64,000 nucleotides of DNA from Sterolibacteriaceae bacterium (GTDB lineage Bacteria; Pseudomonadota; Gammaproteobacteria; Burkholderiales; Rhodocyclaceae): the NCBI GenBank assembly GCA_043738385.1, contig JAYUGL010000167.1, positions 348-64,347 on the forward strand, written 5' to 3'. The notes below the pieces were generated by a model. It was not told where the DNA came from. It searched no databases and saw only the letters and a list, made by a program, of their open reading frames with translations. The position numbers and the translations under genes are program-made. Positions within the stretch are counted from its first letter, which is position 1. Every line of letters begins with the position of its first letter. Shown in pieces: positions 38,867 to 48,538 of the stretch.

Positions 38867-40717
38867 TCAGTGCGCTCTTGCCGCGTCACGCAAAATCACG
38901 TCGCCCGCCTTCTCGGCGATCATGTAGACCGCGCTCACAACAAAGAAACCCGGGGTGCGCGGAAACACCGAAGCGTCGGCCACCCGCAGCCGGCGAACAC
39001 CGTGGACCGAGAAATTGCTGTCGAGCACTCCGTTTTCGCTGGCTGGACCGATGGCGCAAGAGCACGATGCGTGGTGGCCCCATGCCGTATCGCGCACATA
39101 GTCAGCCAGTTCTGCATCGGTCTGGACGGCGGCTCCGGGCGTCTTCTCCTCGGCGATCAGTCCACCGGCAATCAAGGGAGCCGTCATGCTGCGCACGAAT
39201 TTGATCCCATTCACGACAGCTTGAAGGTCCTCGCCGGCCGAATCGTTGCCCTCCTCAAAATAGTTGAAGTTCACCAGCGGCATGTCACGCGGATCGGCAG
39301 ACCGCAACGTAACCGCGCCGGCGCGGTTTTTGGTATGTGCCTTTAATACCGCCCATGTCAGATAGTCGTGATGGGCGCTGATCAACTTTGAAAAGCCGGT
39401 GAAGTAACCTTCGAACCGCGACAGCAGCGCCATGCAAAAAATGTCTGGTTCCGGTGCCGTCGGCCGTGAGCGGCACGCTACGGCGATGGCCGCGCCGTTG
39501 GAGGTGTACATGCCGGAACGTGATTCATGCCACAGCCGCCACAAAGGATCGCCGTGATCGAAGCGCGCGCCCTGCAAAACCTTCCATGGCTGATGCATGC
39601 GATGTGTCACCGCCACCTCATAGCGGTCTTGAAGGTTGCGCCCGACTCCTGGCAAATCTACCCGCACGGGGATGCCGTGCGCATTCAATTCCCTGGCCGG
39701 GCCAATACCGGACAACATCAACAACTGCGGCGTATTGAAGGCGCCACCACACAGAATGACTTCCCGCCGCGCACGCACCTCCCGAAGATCGCCTGCCTGC
39801 GTATTCGGCGTTGCGTGTGCTCTGTACAAGTGCTTACCTTTGAGATACTCGACGCCCGCCGCGCTGCCATCGCTGGCAAAGATCACCCGCGTAACCAACG
39901 CATCAAGTTCTATGTGCAACTTACCCGGATGAGCAGCGGCCACTTTCAGCAGGCGCTCACGTGCGCCGACGCGGCGGTGGTCATGGGTGGACATCGGTGT
40001 ATAACAAATGCCCTGGTAGCTGCGCCGCCCCCATCGGCGTGCGTTCGGGTCGCCCCTACTCCACAACCAGCGCAACACGCGCGCAAGGGGTAGCGGAAGG
40101 CCGCTCACAAAGCTACGCGCAGTGCCTGTTACCGTTTTGAGCAATTCGTCATCGGCCAGTGCCTCGTGCGGCATGGCCCGCTCGGTACGCAGCCATCCGT
40201 CCCAGCCGTGTCCCGACAAGTCAAAGCCGATGCGCCGCAACGCGCGCCACAATGGCCGGTGATGACAGGCTTCCAGCCTTTGGGCGTAGCGACGCATGTG
40301 CGATGCGCGCCAGGAATGATCACCGGTGACTTGTGCGATGTGGTTCCAGTCCGATTCGTGCGGCAACATGAATATCATCGCGTTGTGAGCCGTGCATCCA
40401 CCCAGCGCAGCCGCGCGCGGATACAGCACGCCCTGCCCCCGCTCATACTTTGGGTCACGCGCCTGCCGTTGCTCATCGGCATAGTGCCGAACCTTGAAGC
40501 CCCAGCTCATGGCAGGGTTCTCACAGGCAAAGGCATGAAAAGCCGGCACTTCGTAGTCATCCGGCAAACGCTCCGCAATGGCGGCAAGCGGATCGCCGCC
40601 GGCTTCGAGCACGAATACCCGCATACCCGCTGCCACAAGTCGCGACGCCAATGTACCACCCCCCGCGCCCGAACCGACGATGACGTAGTCCCATTCGAGT
40701 CTCGCTTCGCCGGCCAT
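38867..40717 (-). CDS. GMC-family FAD oxidoreductase
   Basis: DYVIVGSGAGGGTLASRL FAD fold, plus C-terminal GHHASCSCAIG and LRVADASVFP GMC signatures. Confidence 0.9.
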   Translation of the reverse strand: MAGEARLEWDYVIVGSGAGGGTLASRLVAAGMRVFVLEAGGDPLAAIAERLPDDYEVPAFHAFACENPAMSWGFKVRHYADEQRQARDPKYERGQGVLYPRAAALGGCTAHNAMIFMLPHESDWNHIAQVTGDHSWRASHMRRYAQRLEACHHRPLWRALRRIGFDLSGHGWDGWLRTERAMPHEALADDELLKTVTGTARSFVSGLPLPLARVLRWLWSRGDPNARRWGRRSYQGICYTPMSTHDHRRVGARERLLKVAAAHPGKLHIELDALVTRVIFASDGSAAGVEYLKGKHLYRAHATPNTQAGDLREVRARREVILCGGAFNTPQLLMLSGIGPARELNAHGIPVRVDLPGVGRNLQDRYEVAVTHRMHQPWKVLQGARFDHGDPLWRLWHESRSGMYTSNGAAIAVACRSRPTAPEPDIFCMALLSRFEGYFTGFSKLISAHHDYLTWAVLKAHTKNRAGAVTLRSADPRDMPLVNFNYFEEGNDSAGEDLQAVVNGIKFVRSMTAPLIAGGLIAEEKTPGAAVQTDAELADYVRDTAWGHHASCSCAIGPASENGVLDSNFSVHGVRRLRVADASVFPRTPGFFVVSAVYMIAEKAGDVILRDAARAH

Positions 40718-40734
40718 CGCGCCTAAGGATTGAC

Positions 40735-43251
40735 TCAGAACGTCTTTATGAAGGCGATCAGGGCACGCTTATCCGCGTCGCTTAACTCTGGTTCTGTTGC
40801 GAAGGCTTTTTCGTCGCTGCTCAAGCCGTCCTGCTTGTTGAATTCGGCGGTACCGAAATAGTGACCGCGATTGACCACAAAGTCCGGGCATTTGCTGAGC
40901 TTCAGCATCGGTTCACGCAGGTTCGCGAACCTGGCGCGCAGTTCGTCATCACTCGCACCCGCCGGCGCTGTGGCCAGATCCACTTTCAGCTTGACGAGCA
41001 ACTCGCCGACATCCTTCACGTGCGCGACCTTGTCCGCGAGGCTGTCGCTCTCGGCACGTAACTTGAGATTTGCGAGCAAGTTGACCGGCACGCCCTTCGG
41101 AATCGGTCCGAGCACGATATCGCCACCCGCATCGACCAGCCACGGGAACCAGCGATGCAATGTGCTCTGTAGCGGCTGCAGGGCCTCGGGTACATAGCCG
41201 CGTGGAATCGTCACGTTGCTGCGTTCAGTGGTCCGATCGATGGTGCCGAGAACCTTGTTGCCCAGCACGGAGTCGCGCTCGCGCTTTTCAGGCCACAACA
41301 TCTGCTCGATCGACGCCTCGAAAACCTTGACGCGGGCATCCACTGAAGGACTGGCATCGAAGGGGCCGACGCTATTGTTCAGCAGAAACGGCGCCGTGGA
41401 CCAGATGCTGATGAGCGAGGGAACGCGCGTGTAGCCGCGCCCACCTGCCGGCATCGCGTACGGCACCAGTGCGCCGGTGTACGGATCGCTCAATGTCACC
41501 GTTCCCACCGAGGGCAATTGTTTGTACGTGTGGGACGAGAAGTTGTCCCAGATATTACCGGCAAGCGCATTCGTGGCCAGCGGGCTGCACACGTTGGTGC
41601 GCAGCAAGGTTGCCGGAATTCGCGCATCGGTCGAGAGATAGTTACCCTGCAGGAAGTCAGGTGCCTGCACGATCTTCCGCATCTGCGCCTTGTAATCATC
41701 GGTTTGTGTCCACGTCCAGTAACGCTTGAAGCACCCAAGGTAACCGGCGCCCATGCATTGGGTAAGCTTCAGATCGTCCGGAGGGCTAGGCGCTTTGCTC
41801 GAATGACATCGGGCGCACGTATCCGCGAACACGTTCTTGCCCTGCGCCAGCATTGCCGAGCCGTCGGCAAGATATTTGTCGCCACCGGGCGCGTCCTTAA
41901 GCCGGTCTGGTTGCGCCGCCTTGAGGAAAAACAGCGCCGTGTTCGGTGTGCCCGCTTCGGTCGCTTGCCAATAGGTGGAGTTCTTCTGGGCGGTGGCAAT
42001 TTCAATCGGCGAAATGTCCTTGCCGCCAACCACCGGATTGAAATGCCGTAACCACTCTTCGCTGTAGACGCCAATGTTCATGTAGACGCGATTGAGTGCT
42101 CCAAGCAGCCCCACCGAGTCGGCGCCGTCCTTCAATACATGTGGCGTAAGCACAATGGCGTCTTGCTTGGCATAGAAATCAAGCAACGGACCACTGGTCA
42201 GAAAATCATTGAACTGTTTGTTATTGAGTTCACCGCCGGCCAATGTTTCCCGGCCAATTTTTTTGGCCATGCCCATGCGTGCCACGAAATCATAGAGGGC
42301 GTTCATGGTGCGCGGATTATTGATGCCATCGGTCGAAATGAGAGAGGTGTCCATTGAGCCGGGGCGATAGGTGTGCGCGAGCTGATACATGTAGTTCGTG
42401 CGACCCTCCGGCTTGTTGGAATTAAAGATGAATAACCGGTCCACCCACATGTATTGCGAGCCCACCGAAGAACTCAAGTTGGCAAACTTTGGATTGGCGG
42501 GGTCTACCGGCGGGTTAACCGGACTGGGGCCAATATGGCAAAAGCCGCATGCCATGCCGATACGGTAGGGTCGCACCAAATCCTTGCGGTTGTAGTAACC
42601 GGGGTCGGAGTAATAGCGTTCCGGATCCCACGCTTTGGCGGCCTTCGCGTCAAAATCCGGGTTCGGAAACAAGCGCAGGCCCATGACCCCCGTGGAATAT
42701 CCGTAGAACGACCCTACCGGCTGAGTCGTGCCGTCTCCCAAGGGTTTGCCCCTCGCACCAATGGCAACGCCCGGATACTTGCTTTCGTTTTCAAACGGAT
42801 CCGGCGCGCAATCCTTGCCGCGCACATCGAGCCACAGGCCGCGGCGATTCTTGTCTGGCCCCTTTGCAGGCTCAAAGCAGGGCTCGTTGACAAGCCCGAG
42901 GTAATTCCAGCGACTGGTCCGGGAGTAACCGAGGCTGGGGTGTGAACTAATGATCTTCAACAGGTCGAACGCACCGAAGGTGTACTCGGTCATGGCGTTC
43001 CAGAGGCGATCGTTGCCACCGCTCCAGACATTCCACATGTTACGGCCCTTGATCTCTTCAGCCGTGAGGGTCACTCCGCCATCCATGTCGTGGAAATAGT
43101 CTTCCGACGCGTGCTGGAACGAAGTCACGTCACGACCGGCGCGTTTCGCCTCGTCAAGCACCGCTACGGATTGTGTCTGCTTGGAACAGCCTGTGAAAAG
43201 CAGGCCGGCGAGGAGGATCAGGGTTGCCGATATCCAGAGTTTTCGGATCAT
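40735..43251 (-). CDS. Lipoprotein with two CxxCH haem-c motifs (cytochrome-c-peroxidase-like, large)
   Basis: ATG 43251 gives MIRKLWISATLILLAGLLFTGC (lipobox). CGFCH at nt 42535-42549 and GKNVFADTCARCH at nt 41803-41817. Confidence 0.7.
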   Translation of the reverse strand: MIRKLWISATLILLAGLLFTGCSKQTQSVAVLDEAKRAGRDVTSFQHASEDYFHDMDGGVTLTAEEIKGRNMWNVWSGGNDRLWNAMTEYTFGAFDLLKIISSHPSLGYSRTSRWNYLGLVNEPCFEPAKGPDKNRRGLWLDVRGKDCAPDPFENESKYPGVAIGARGKPLGDGTTQPVGSFYGYSTGVMGLRLFPNPDFDAKAAKAWDPERYYSDPGYYNRKDLVRPYRIGMACGFCHIGPSPVNPPVDPANPKFANLSSSVGSQYMWVDRLFIFNSNKPEGRTNYMYQLAHTYRPGSMDTSLISTDGINNPRTMNALYDFVARMGMAKKIGRETLAGGELNNKQFNDFLTSGPLLDFYAKQDAIVLTPHVLKDGADSVGLLGALNRVYMNIGVYSEEWLRHFNPVVGGKDISPIEIATAQKNSTYWQATEAGTPNTALFFLKAAQPDRLKDAPGGDKYLADGSAMLAQGKNVFADTCARCHSSKAPSPPDDLKLTQCMGAGYLGCFKRYWTWTQTDDYKAQMRKIVQAPDFLQGNYLSTDARIPATLLRTNVCSPLATNALAGNIWDNFSSHTYKQLPSVGTVTLSDPYTGALVPYAMPAGGRGYTRVPSLISIWSTAPFLLNNSVGPFDASPSVDARVKVFEASIEQMLWPEKRERDSVLGNKVLGTIDRTTERSNVTIPRGYVPEALQPLQSTLHRWFPWLVDAGGDIVLGPIPKGVPVNLLANLKLRAESDSLADKVAHVKDVGELLVKLKVDLATAPAGASDDELRARFANLREPMLKLSKCPDFVVNRGHYFGTAEFNKQDGLSSDEKAFATEPELSDADKRALIAFIKTF

Positions 43252-43491
43252 TGCAGATCTCCTTTTTCTCTTTCGTTGGAAAAACTGGAAGTTCAAATGG
43301 ACCCTTTAATAGTATCTTCGAGCGAGACAGGTGCAGTCAACCGTTTTCGTTTTGCAAAAGAAGGTCCAAACGTCCTGTGCGGCTGGTAACACTGGATCAA
43401 AACAGCATAGCCGCGTATGATAAATTCAGACGTGTGGGATTTTCGTGGGGTTGGGTTTCCTGTTCGTCCTGTCGGTTTAAAAGAGACGATC

Positions 43492-43517
43492 GTTTCGGGG
43501 AAAGGTTTCGGGGAAAG
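43492..43517 (+). repeat. Perfect tandem duplication of a 13-mer (GTTTCGGGGAAAG x2) ending 5 nt upstream of a start codon
   Basis: 43492-43504 and 43505-43517 are identical. Each copy contains a GGGGAAAG Shine-Dalgarno-like core. Confidence 0.9.
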
Positions 43518-43522
43518 CGCCG

Positions 43523-44566
43523 ATGATGCTGAAACGCGAGAAGTGCCCGTTTTTCCTTGTCTTTCTGCTACCGATGGTGGCGGCGTGCGGCGTGACTCCG
43601 CAAACAGCTGACAATCCCCGGATGACTTCTGCCTGTCAGGTCGAGCGGTCGGCCAGCCCAAGATCGGCGGCGCCGAGCAGCGGATTCTCGATGACCTTTG
43701 GCGGCTTGGGCGCGAGCGGCGGCGGTTCCCGTCCGCAGCGGGGTGAATGCGACGGCCCATGCCCCAGGGACAGCGCCGGTTCCCGCAGCAGCGTGGGAGC
43801 GGGCTTGTCCCTCAACCTCGGCGAACTGTTTCGGCACCTGTCCACACCCGAGTTACCAAACCGGTTGTTCGACGAAGGTCCCCGCTTCGAAGATGCCTTC
43901 AGCATGGCCTGCATCCCGGTACGCGGTTTTGTTCGCGGTGGTTGGCCCCTGGTCATCGATTATCAGGCGGAACCGGGGACCGTTGCTTCGGTGGAAATTC
44001 ACGTCGAAGGGCAGGATCCGGTGGTGTTGCCTTTGCCCAGCGGTAGTCAACGGAATGTACTCAAACTGAAGCTGCCCGAACGGCTGGGTGACAAGCTCAC
44101 CACGGCCTTGTTCCTGGTGCGCGGGGTCAAAGACCAGCCGGGTGCGCCGGTACTCGGCCGGGTTCAGGTGTTCGGGCTGGGCGCCGGACCGCGGGCCGTG
44201 GGCTCGGTCGCCATCGACCAGGTGGACTTCAAGCCGGGGGTAGTGCATCTCGGCAAGAAGGAGACCGCCCGCTTCAGCTTTTATTCCCGCTCCGACTTCA
44301 ATCGGGCCGTGGCCGAGATCATGCGGGTGGACAATCAAAACGGTGACCTTCAGGTACGCTTGGCCCGATCCATTCCATTGGAAGGCGGGGTGGCAGCCGG
44401 TACTTGGGTTGGCCGCCAGGAAGCGCGCCTCTGGGACGGTACCGACGCCAATCGGCAGGCTTCTCTGGGCCAGCACCTGATGCAGGTCCGGGCCTGGCTC
44501 GGCGCCCAGGAGGGTGGCGACTGGGTTGCGGCTTGGTCGGCCGGGTCGGTGGAGGTTGCGCGCTGA
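43523..44566 (+). CDS. Lipoprotein with C-terminal Ig-like (FlgD_ig-like) domain
   Basis: Signal peptide plus lipobox (LLPMVAAC). The C-terminal WDGTDANRQASLGQHLMQVRAW resembles FlgD-type Ig-like domains. The stop is 4 nt before the next ATG. Confidence 0.6.
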   Translation: MMLKREKCPFFLVFLLPMVAACGVTPQTADNPRMTSACQVERSASPRSAAPSSGFSMTFGGLGASGGGSRPQRGECDGPCPRDSAGSRSSVGAGLSLNLGELFRHLSTPELPNRLFDEGPRFEDAFSMACIPVRGFVRGGWPLVIDYQAEPGTVASVEIHVEGQDPVVLPLPSGSQRNVLKLKLPERLGDKLTTALFLVRGVKDQPGAPVLGRVQVFGLGAGPRAVGSVAIDQVDFKPGVVHLGKKETARFSFYSRSDFNRAVAEIMRVDNQNGDLQVRLARSIPLEGGVAAGTWVGRQEARLWDGTDANRQASLGQHLMQVRAWLGAQEGGDWVAAWSAGSVEVAR

Positions 44567-44570
44567 CGCG

Positions 44571-46118
44571 ATGTTTGCTTCGGTACTCCGCTACCGCTGG
44601 CTGCGCGCGCTGCGGGCCCGTTGGCCATGGGCCGTGGGCCTCTTGCTGGTCATCCTTTCTGGCCAGTTCGCGCTAACTTCGCCACGCAGTGGCGTAGATC
44701 TCGCCGCCATCGGCGTGCTAAAGCCGGTGCCAGGCCAAGCCATCGCCCTGCGCGGCTTGGCGACGGAAGGTAATATCCTCACCTATACGGCGGGCGCGGA
44801 AGGCGGCCTCGATCTCCGCTTCGAACGAGCCCGCTTGGCGCCGGAAACCCTGGCACTGCTCAGCCACCTTGGCATCGTCGCGCCAACCGGTGAGGCGCCC
44901 GTGAGTTGGATCACCCGTGCCGAGCCTGGGATCGGCAAGGAAACCAAGTCGCGTTTCGAGGTGACGGCAGCTGACCCCAACCGGCTTCCGGACATCTTCG
45001 TATTGCGCGTTCTCCCCGGCGCCACCCCGCGCCAGGCGCGCCTCGAAATGGTCTCCAGCGGTGCGCCGCTGGCGGTAATCCTGTCCTTGCCGTGGACCGG
45101 CGCGGACCATGCGCCCCGCAAGATCCTGCGGCTCGGCGCGACCGACCTGGTCCTCCCGGGAACCCTGCCGATCAAGCTGCTGGTGCCAGCCGATGCACGC
45201 TGGCGGGCGATCATCTCGCTGCCTGAGCAGCCCGTACCATCCGCCGCGCTAATCTTCGGGGCCTTCTCCGAACGAGATGGTGGCGGGCTGGCGGCAGCTG
45301 CGCTCGGCCTGGAGCCGGTGCCCGGAGCGTCAGCCTTCCTTGCCTGCGGTACCGCGGCGGGAAGTCTCTTGTGGCGTGCTGCCAGCCGATTGGCCGCTGG
45401 CGCCTGCCCGCCGACCGATCATGCCATCCAGGTACGTTCCCTGACCTTGCGTGCGGATGGTGCAGACTTGGTCGTTGGCGGCAACGCCTGGGTACTAAAG
45501 GATAGCCAGCCCCTTGGCGAGGACCTTCTCGTGCACCTGCGCCGGCAGCCTATATGGTGGGCTTTGCTTCTCCTGGCGGATGGACTGCTCCTCGCCTGGG
45601 CCCTGCTTGCCCTGCTGCCCGGGCCCCGCCGCATTGATCTGCGCGGTGTCTTCATCAGCTATCGGCGTGCCGATAGCGGGCCCCGTGTCGGGCGACTTTA
45701 CGACCAACTGGTGGCGAGACTGGGCGCCGAGAAGGTGTTCATTGATCTCGAGTCGATCCCCGCGGGGACCGACTTTAAGCACTTTATCGCTGACAGCCTG
45801 AGCAAGGTGGACGTGGTTCTGGCGGTGATTGGCCCGCATTGGCTCGACTTGAGGGATGGCAGCGGTCAGCGTCGGCTGGATGCGGAGAACGATCTGGTGC
45901 GCCGGGAGATAGCCGCCGCCCTCGCTGGCGGTCTTCGAGTGATCCCGGTGGTGGTGGGCGGCGGTTCGATGCCGACTGCGGGACAGTTGCCTGCCGACCT
46001 CGCCGCCCTGGCCGGCCGCAATGCCGCAGAGATCGGCGACCGCCAGTTTCTGCGCGACGCCGACGATCTGATTGATCAGATCGAATACGCCCCCCTGCGT
46101 TCCGGTTCAGCAAGTTGA
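44571..46118 (+). CDS. Membrane protein with extracytoplasmic domain, second TM and C-terminal TIR domain (TIR-B)
   Basis: ATG 44571. N-terminal anchor WPWAVGLLLVILSG, ~290-aa hydrophilic region, TM IWWALLLLADGLLLAWALLALL, then TIR (VFISYRRAD, GRLYDQL, DLVRREIAAAL, VIPVVV). Confidence 0.8.
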   Translation: MFASVLRYRWLRALRARWPWAVGLLLVILSGQFALTSPRSGVDLAAIGVLKPVPGQAIALRGLATEGNILTYTAGAEGGLDLRFERARLAPETLALLSHLGIVAPTGEAPVSWITRAEPGIGKETKSRFEVTAADPNRLPDIFVLRVLPGATPRQARLEMVSSGAPLAVILSLPWTGADHAPRKILRLGATDLVLPGTLPIKLLVPADARWRAIISLPEQPVPSAALIFGAFSERDGGGLAAAALGLEPVPGASAFLACGTAAGSLLWRAASRLAAGACPPTDHAIQVRSLTLRADGADLVVGGNAWVLKDSQPLGEDLLVHLRRQPIWWALLLLADGLLLAWALLALLPGPRRIDLRGVFISYRRADSGPRVGRLYDQLVARLGAEKVFIDLESIPAGTDFKHFIADSLSKVDVVLAVIGPHWLDLRDGSGQRRLDAENDLVRREIAAALAGGLRVIPVVVGGGSMPTAGQLPADLAALAGRNAAEIGDRQFLRDADDLIDQIEYAPLRSGSAS

Positions 46119-46248
46119 TTTGCGCGTGCGCCATAAAAAGTTTCACTGCGAGATGCAAATCGTTCCTGACGCTGCTGATGCATAGAGGATTTGTTGGGGC
46201 TTCACCTCCGCCAAGTTGCTCAAGTTGACGCACACAACGCATGCCATT

Positions 46249-46278
46249 GGAAAACGCAGCGTCGAAAACGGACGCTGC
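46249..46278 (-). terminator. Terminator candidate in the convergent gap between TIR-B and TIR-C
   Basis: 8-bp stem GCAGCGTC/GACGCTGC (46256-63 / 46271-78) with a 7-nt loop, followed on the minus strand by GTTTTCC. Confidence 0.35.
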
Positions 46279-46384
46279 TCAAAAGGAAAAATCGACGTTG
46301 AAGGCTCGCGCATTGCGAGCGCGGGGACGAAGGCAGAAAAAGCAAACGTAAAGAAGACGGCCACGGCAAAAGCGCCGACAGTGC

Positions 46385-47191
46385 CTACATGCACTTCGAT
46401 TGCCACTGCGAGCCGCCGGCAGGGCAATAGCCGGCGCAGGCTGCGGCTTCGTGATATCCGGAAGCGCATTGCGGATTCGGTTGGCTGACTCCCAGGGCCA
46501 CATATCCCCAGCAACCGCATGCCGACGTCGGCATGCCGCTGGCCAGCCCAACCTGTTGCGGCGGCAACTGCTGATTGGGTGGCGTGGACGATTGCTCAAT
46601 GAGGAGTCCGATTACGATCAGCCCGACGAAGATGCCGCCAATCCAGGCCAGCGTTTTCACCAGCTTTGACGATGGCGGAGTCGAGGGCGGCGACGGCACC
46701 CTATTGTCGCCCCCGGGGGTCGGGATGGGGCGCAACCCCAAGCTCTCCAGCGCCGCAGCCAGTTGCTGCACGTCGTAATCCCAGCGCTCGTCCGACAAAG
46801 TGAGCGCCTGACGCCGGGCCAGCGGCTTGAGGTCCTCGGGCAGGTCTGCGTCAACGGGTGACGCGGCGCCTTCCACCAGCACCGGAATCACCCGGATGCC
46901 GCGCTTGAGCGCGGCCGCGATTTCCAGCCGAATCCAGTCATTGGGGAGGTGCAGCCGACTCTGATCTCCGCTATCGCCGGCCCAGCGGCGGCCGATGACG
47001 GCCAGCATGACCGAGCACGACGAGAGCGCACCCTCGATGGCTTCGACGAAGTCAACACCGGGCTGGATGGTCTCGACGTCGCGGAATATCTGCGCCTTGC
47101 CGAAACGCCGCTCCAGGCTGTCGGCCAATCGCCCGGCAGCACTCTGGCTGTCCTGGCGCCGGTAGCTGATGAAAATGCCTGACGCTGCCAT
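46385..47191 (-). CDS. TIR domain, single TM, Cys-rich tail (TIR-C)
   Basis: IFISYRRQD, GRLADSL, DWIRLEIAAAL, VIPVLV. TM LAWIGGIFVGLIVIGLLI. The last ~44 aa contain 6 Cys. Confidence 0.8.
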   Translation of the reverse strand: MAASGIFISYRRQDSQSAAGRLADSLERRFGKAQIFRDVETIQPGVDFVEAIEGALSSCSVMLAVIGRRWAGDSGDQSRLHLPNDWIRLEIAAALKRGIRVIPVLVEGAASPVDADLPEDLKPLARRQALTLSDERWDYDVQQLAAALESLGLRPIPTPGGDNRVPSPPSTPPSSKLVKTLAWIGGIFVGLIVIGLLIEQSSTPPNQQLPPQQVGLASGMPTSACGCWGYVALGVSQPNPQCASGYHEAAACAGYCPAGGSQWQSKCM

Positions 47192-47347
47192 TGTTATCGC
47201 CTTTCGTTGAACACTGAATCGTCATGCCTGTCTTTGATGCTGTGTAGCACTACAGCCCGTGTCCTGTTGTCGATCATTCGGCCCAGCTTCTAGCCTGAGC
47301 CCATGCTACCTGCGGCATATTTCAATGTAAACCGCGGGTCGTCGCGC

Positions 47348-48517
47348 TCACACGAATCCGGCGAAATGGGCCGGCTGCACCTGCTTCGCGGCGGCTTGGC
47401 CGACCTTCTGGATCTCGGCTATGTATTGCACCGAATCCAGCATCTGGACGTGGTTCGGATCGACCTCCGCGAGACCCAAAGCGTCGAGGCCCGCGCGGCT
47501 CAGGTCCGCGTCATAACGCAGGTAGGTGAACAGCTTGGCGCCGGTCCAGTTGCTCTGGTCGCCGGGTTGTACCAAGAGGCCGCCGATCTCGCGATCAATC
47601 GGCCCGCCCGCGCGGCATGCGCCGAGCATCCGACACGCCGTGTCCCAGCCGGCAGCGGCGGCATTCATCAGCGCCGCCGGAATATTCTTGACGTGATCGA
47701 GCAGCCATAGATCATCGGCCTTCAGTTCCGGCCTGGCCATCGCCGCGCCGCCCGTGCCGACCGATACGATCAGCAGCTTGTCCGCGCCTGTGGGCCAATT
47801 CACCTTGTACGGCGCCGTAGTGGCCATCTGGAAGGCGAGAAAAGCTGGGTTGTTGTAGGTCGTCACACCGCCGTCTACAAATACGAACTGATACTCGTTT
47901 GGCGTACCTTCGGCGAAAGTCACCACTTCGGGCGGAAAGAACGTCGGTGCTGCCGTGCTGGCCCGCACCAGTTGCCATAGTGGCAGGTTGAGGTTGCAGT
48001 CTTTGCGATCAGCCTGGTTGTACTTGCCCAGCGGATTGTTGAACACCGGCCAGGGCGAATCAGTGGTGTGGTTGCGCAGCACCATCATCAGCAGGGTGCG
48101 CAGGTTCGCGTCGCCCAGCGTGGCGGGTGGCACGTTGTCAGCATGGCCAAGCGCGCGGTTGAGTTCAGTGCGCAGCTTTCCGGCCAACGGCTCATCGTTG
48201 TAGCTATAGCGCAGACGCTTGAAGAGGCTGGCCTTGTCGAACATCTGCTCGCCGCTACCAACGTAGAACGCGCGAATCCTGTCCATCGACATGCCGGCAG
48301 AGATGCAGGCGGCGATGATGGCGCCGGTGCTGGTGCCGCAAACGAAGTCGAAGTAATCGGCAAGCACCAGATCTGGCTTGCCGCACTGTTCGCGCAGTTG
48401 CGCTTCGATCCGCGCCAGGATTTCGACACTCATCAGGCCGCGGATGCCACCGCCATCGCAGGCGAGGATCTTCTTGGGGCCGGCGGACTGCATGCGCTTC
48501 AGGACCTGCTCGTTCAT
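47348..48517 (-). CDS. Patatin-like phospholipase
   Basis: DGGGIRG oxyanion loop, GTSTG nucleophile elbow and FVDGGV Asp motif. GGGAGA RBS. Confidence 0.9.
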   Translation of the reverse strand: MNEQVLKRMQSAGPKKILACDGGGIRGLMSVEILARIEAQLREQCGKPDLVLADYFDFVCGTSTGAIIAACISAGMSMDRIRAFYVGSGEQMFDKASLFKRLRYSYNDEPLAGKLRTELNRALGHADNVPPATLGDANLRTLLMMVLRNHTTDSPWPVFNNPLGKYNQADRKDCNLNLPLWQLVRASTAAPTFFPPEVVTFAEGTPNEYQFVFVDGGVTTYNNPAFLAFQMATTAPYKVNWPTGADKLLIVSVGTGGAAMARPELKADDLWLLDHVKNIPAALMNAAAAGWDTACRMLGACRAGGPIDREIGGLLVQPGDQSNWTGAKLFTYLRYDADLSRAGLDALGLAEVDPNHVQMLDSVQYIAEIQKVGQAAAKQVQPAHFAGFV

Positions 48518-48538
48518 GTCATTCTCCCAATACGTGTC

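Noticed and set aside
46119-46384. Small ORFs (46143..46520 minus, 46216..46488 plus, 46279..46599 minus) in the convergent gap between TIR-B and TIR-C.
   Set aside because: They overlap the TIR-C coding end, lack an RBS and have odd composition. The gap is better explained by terminator hairpins.
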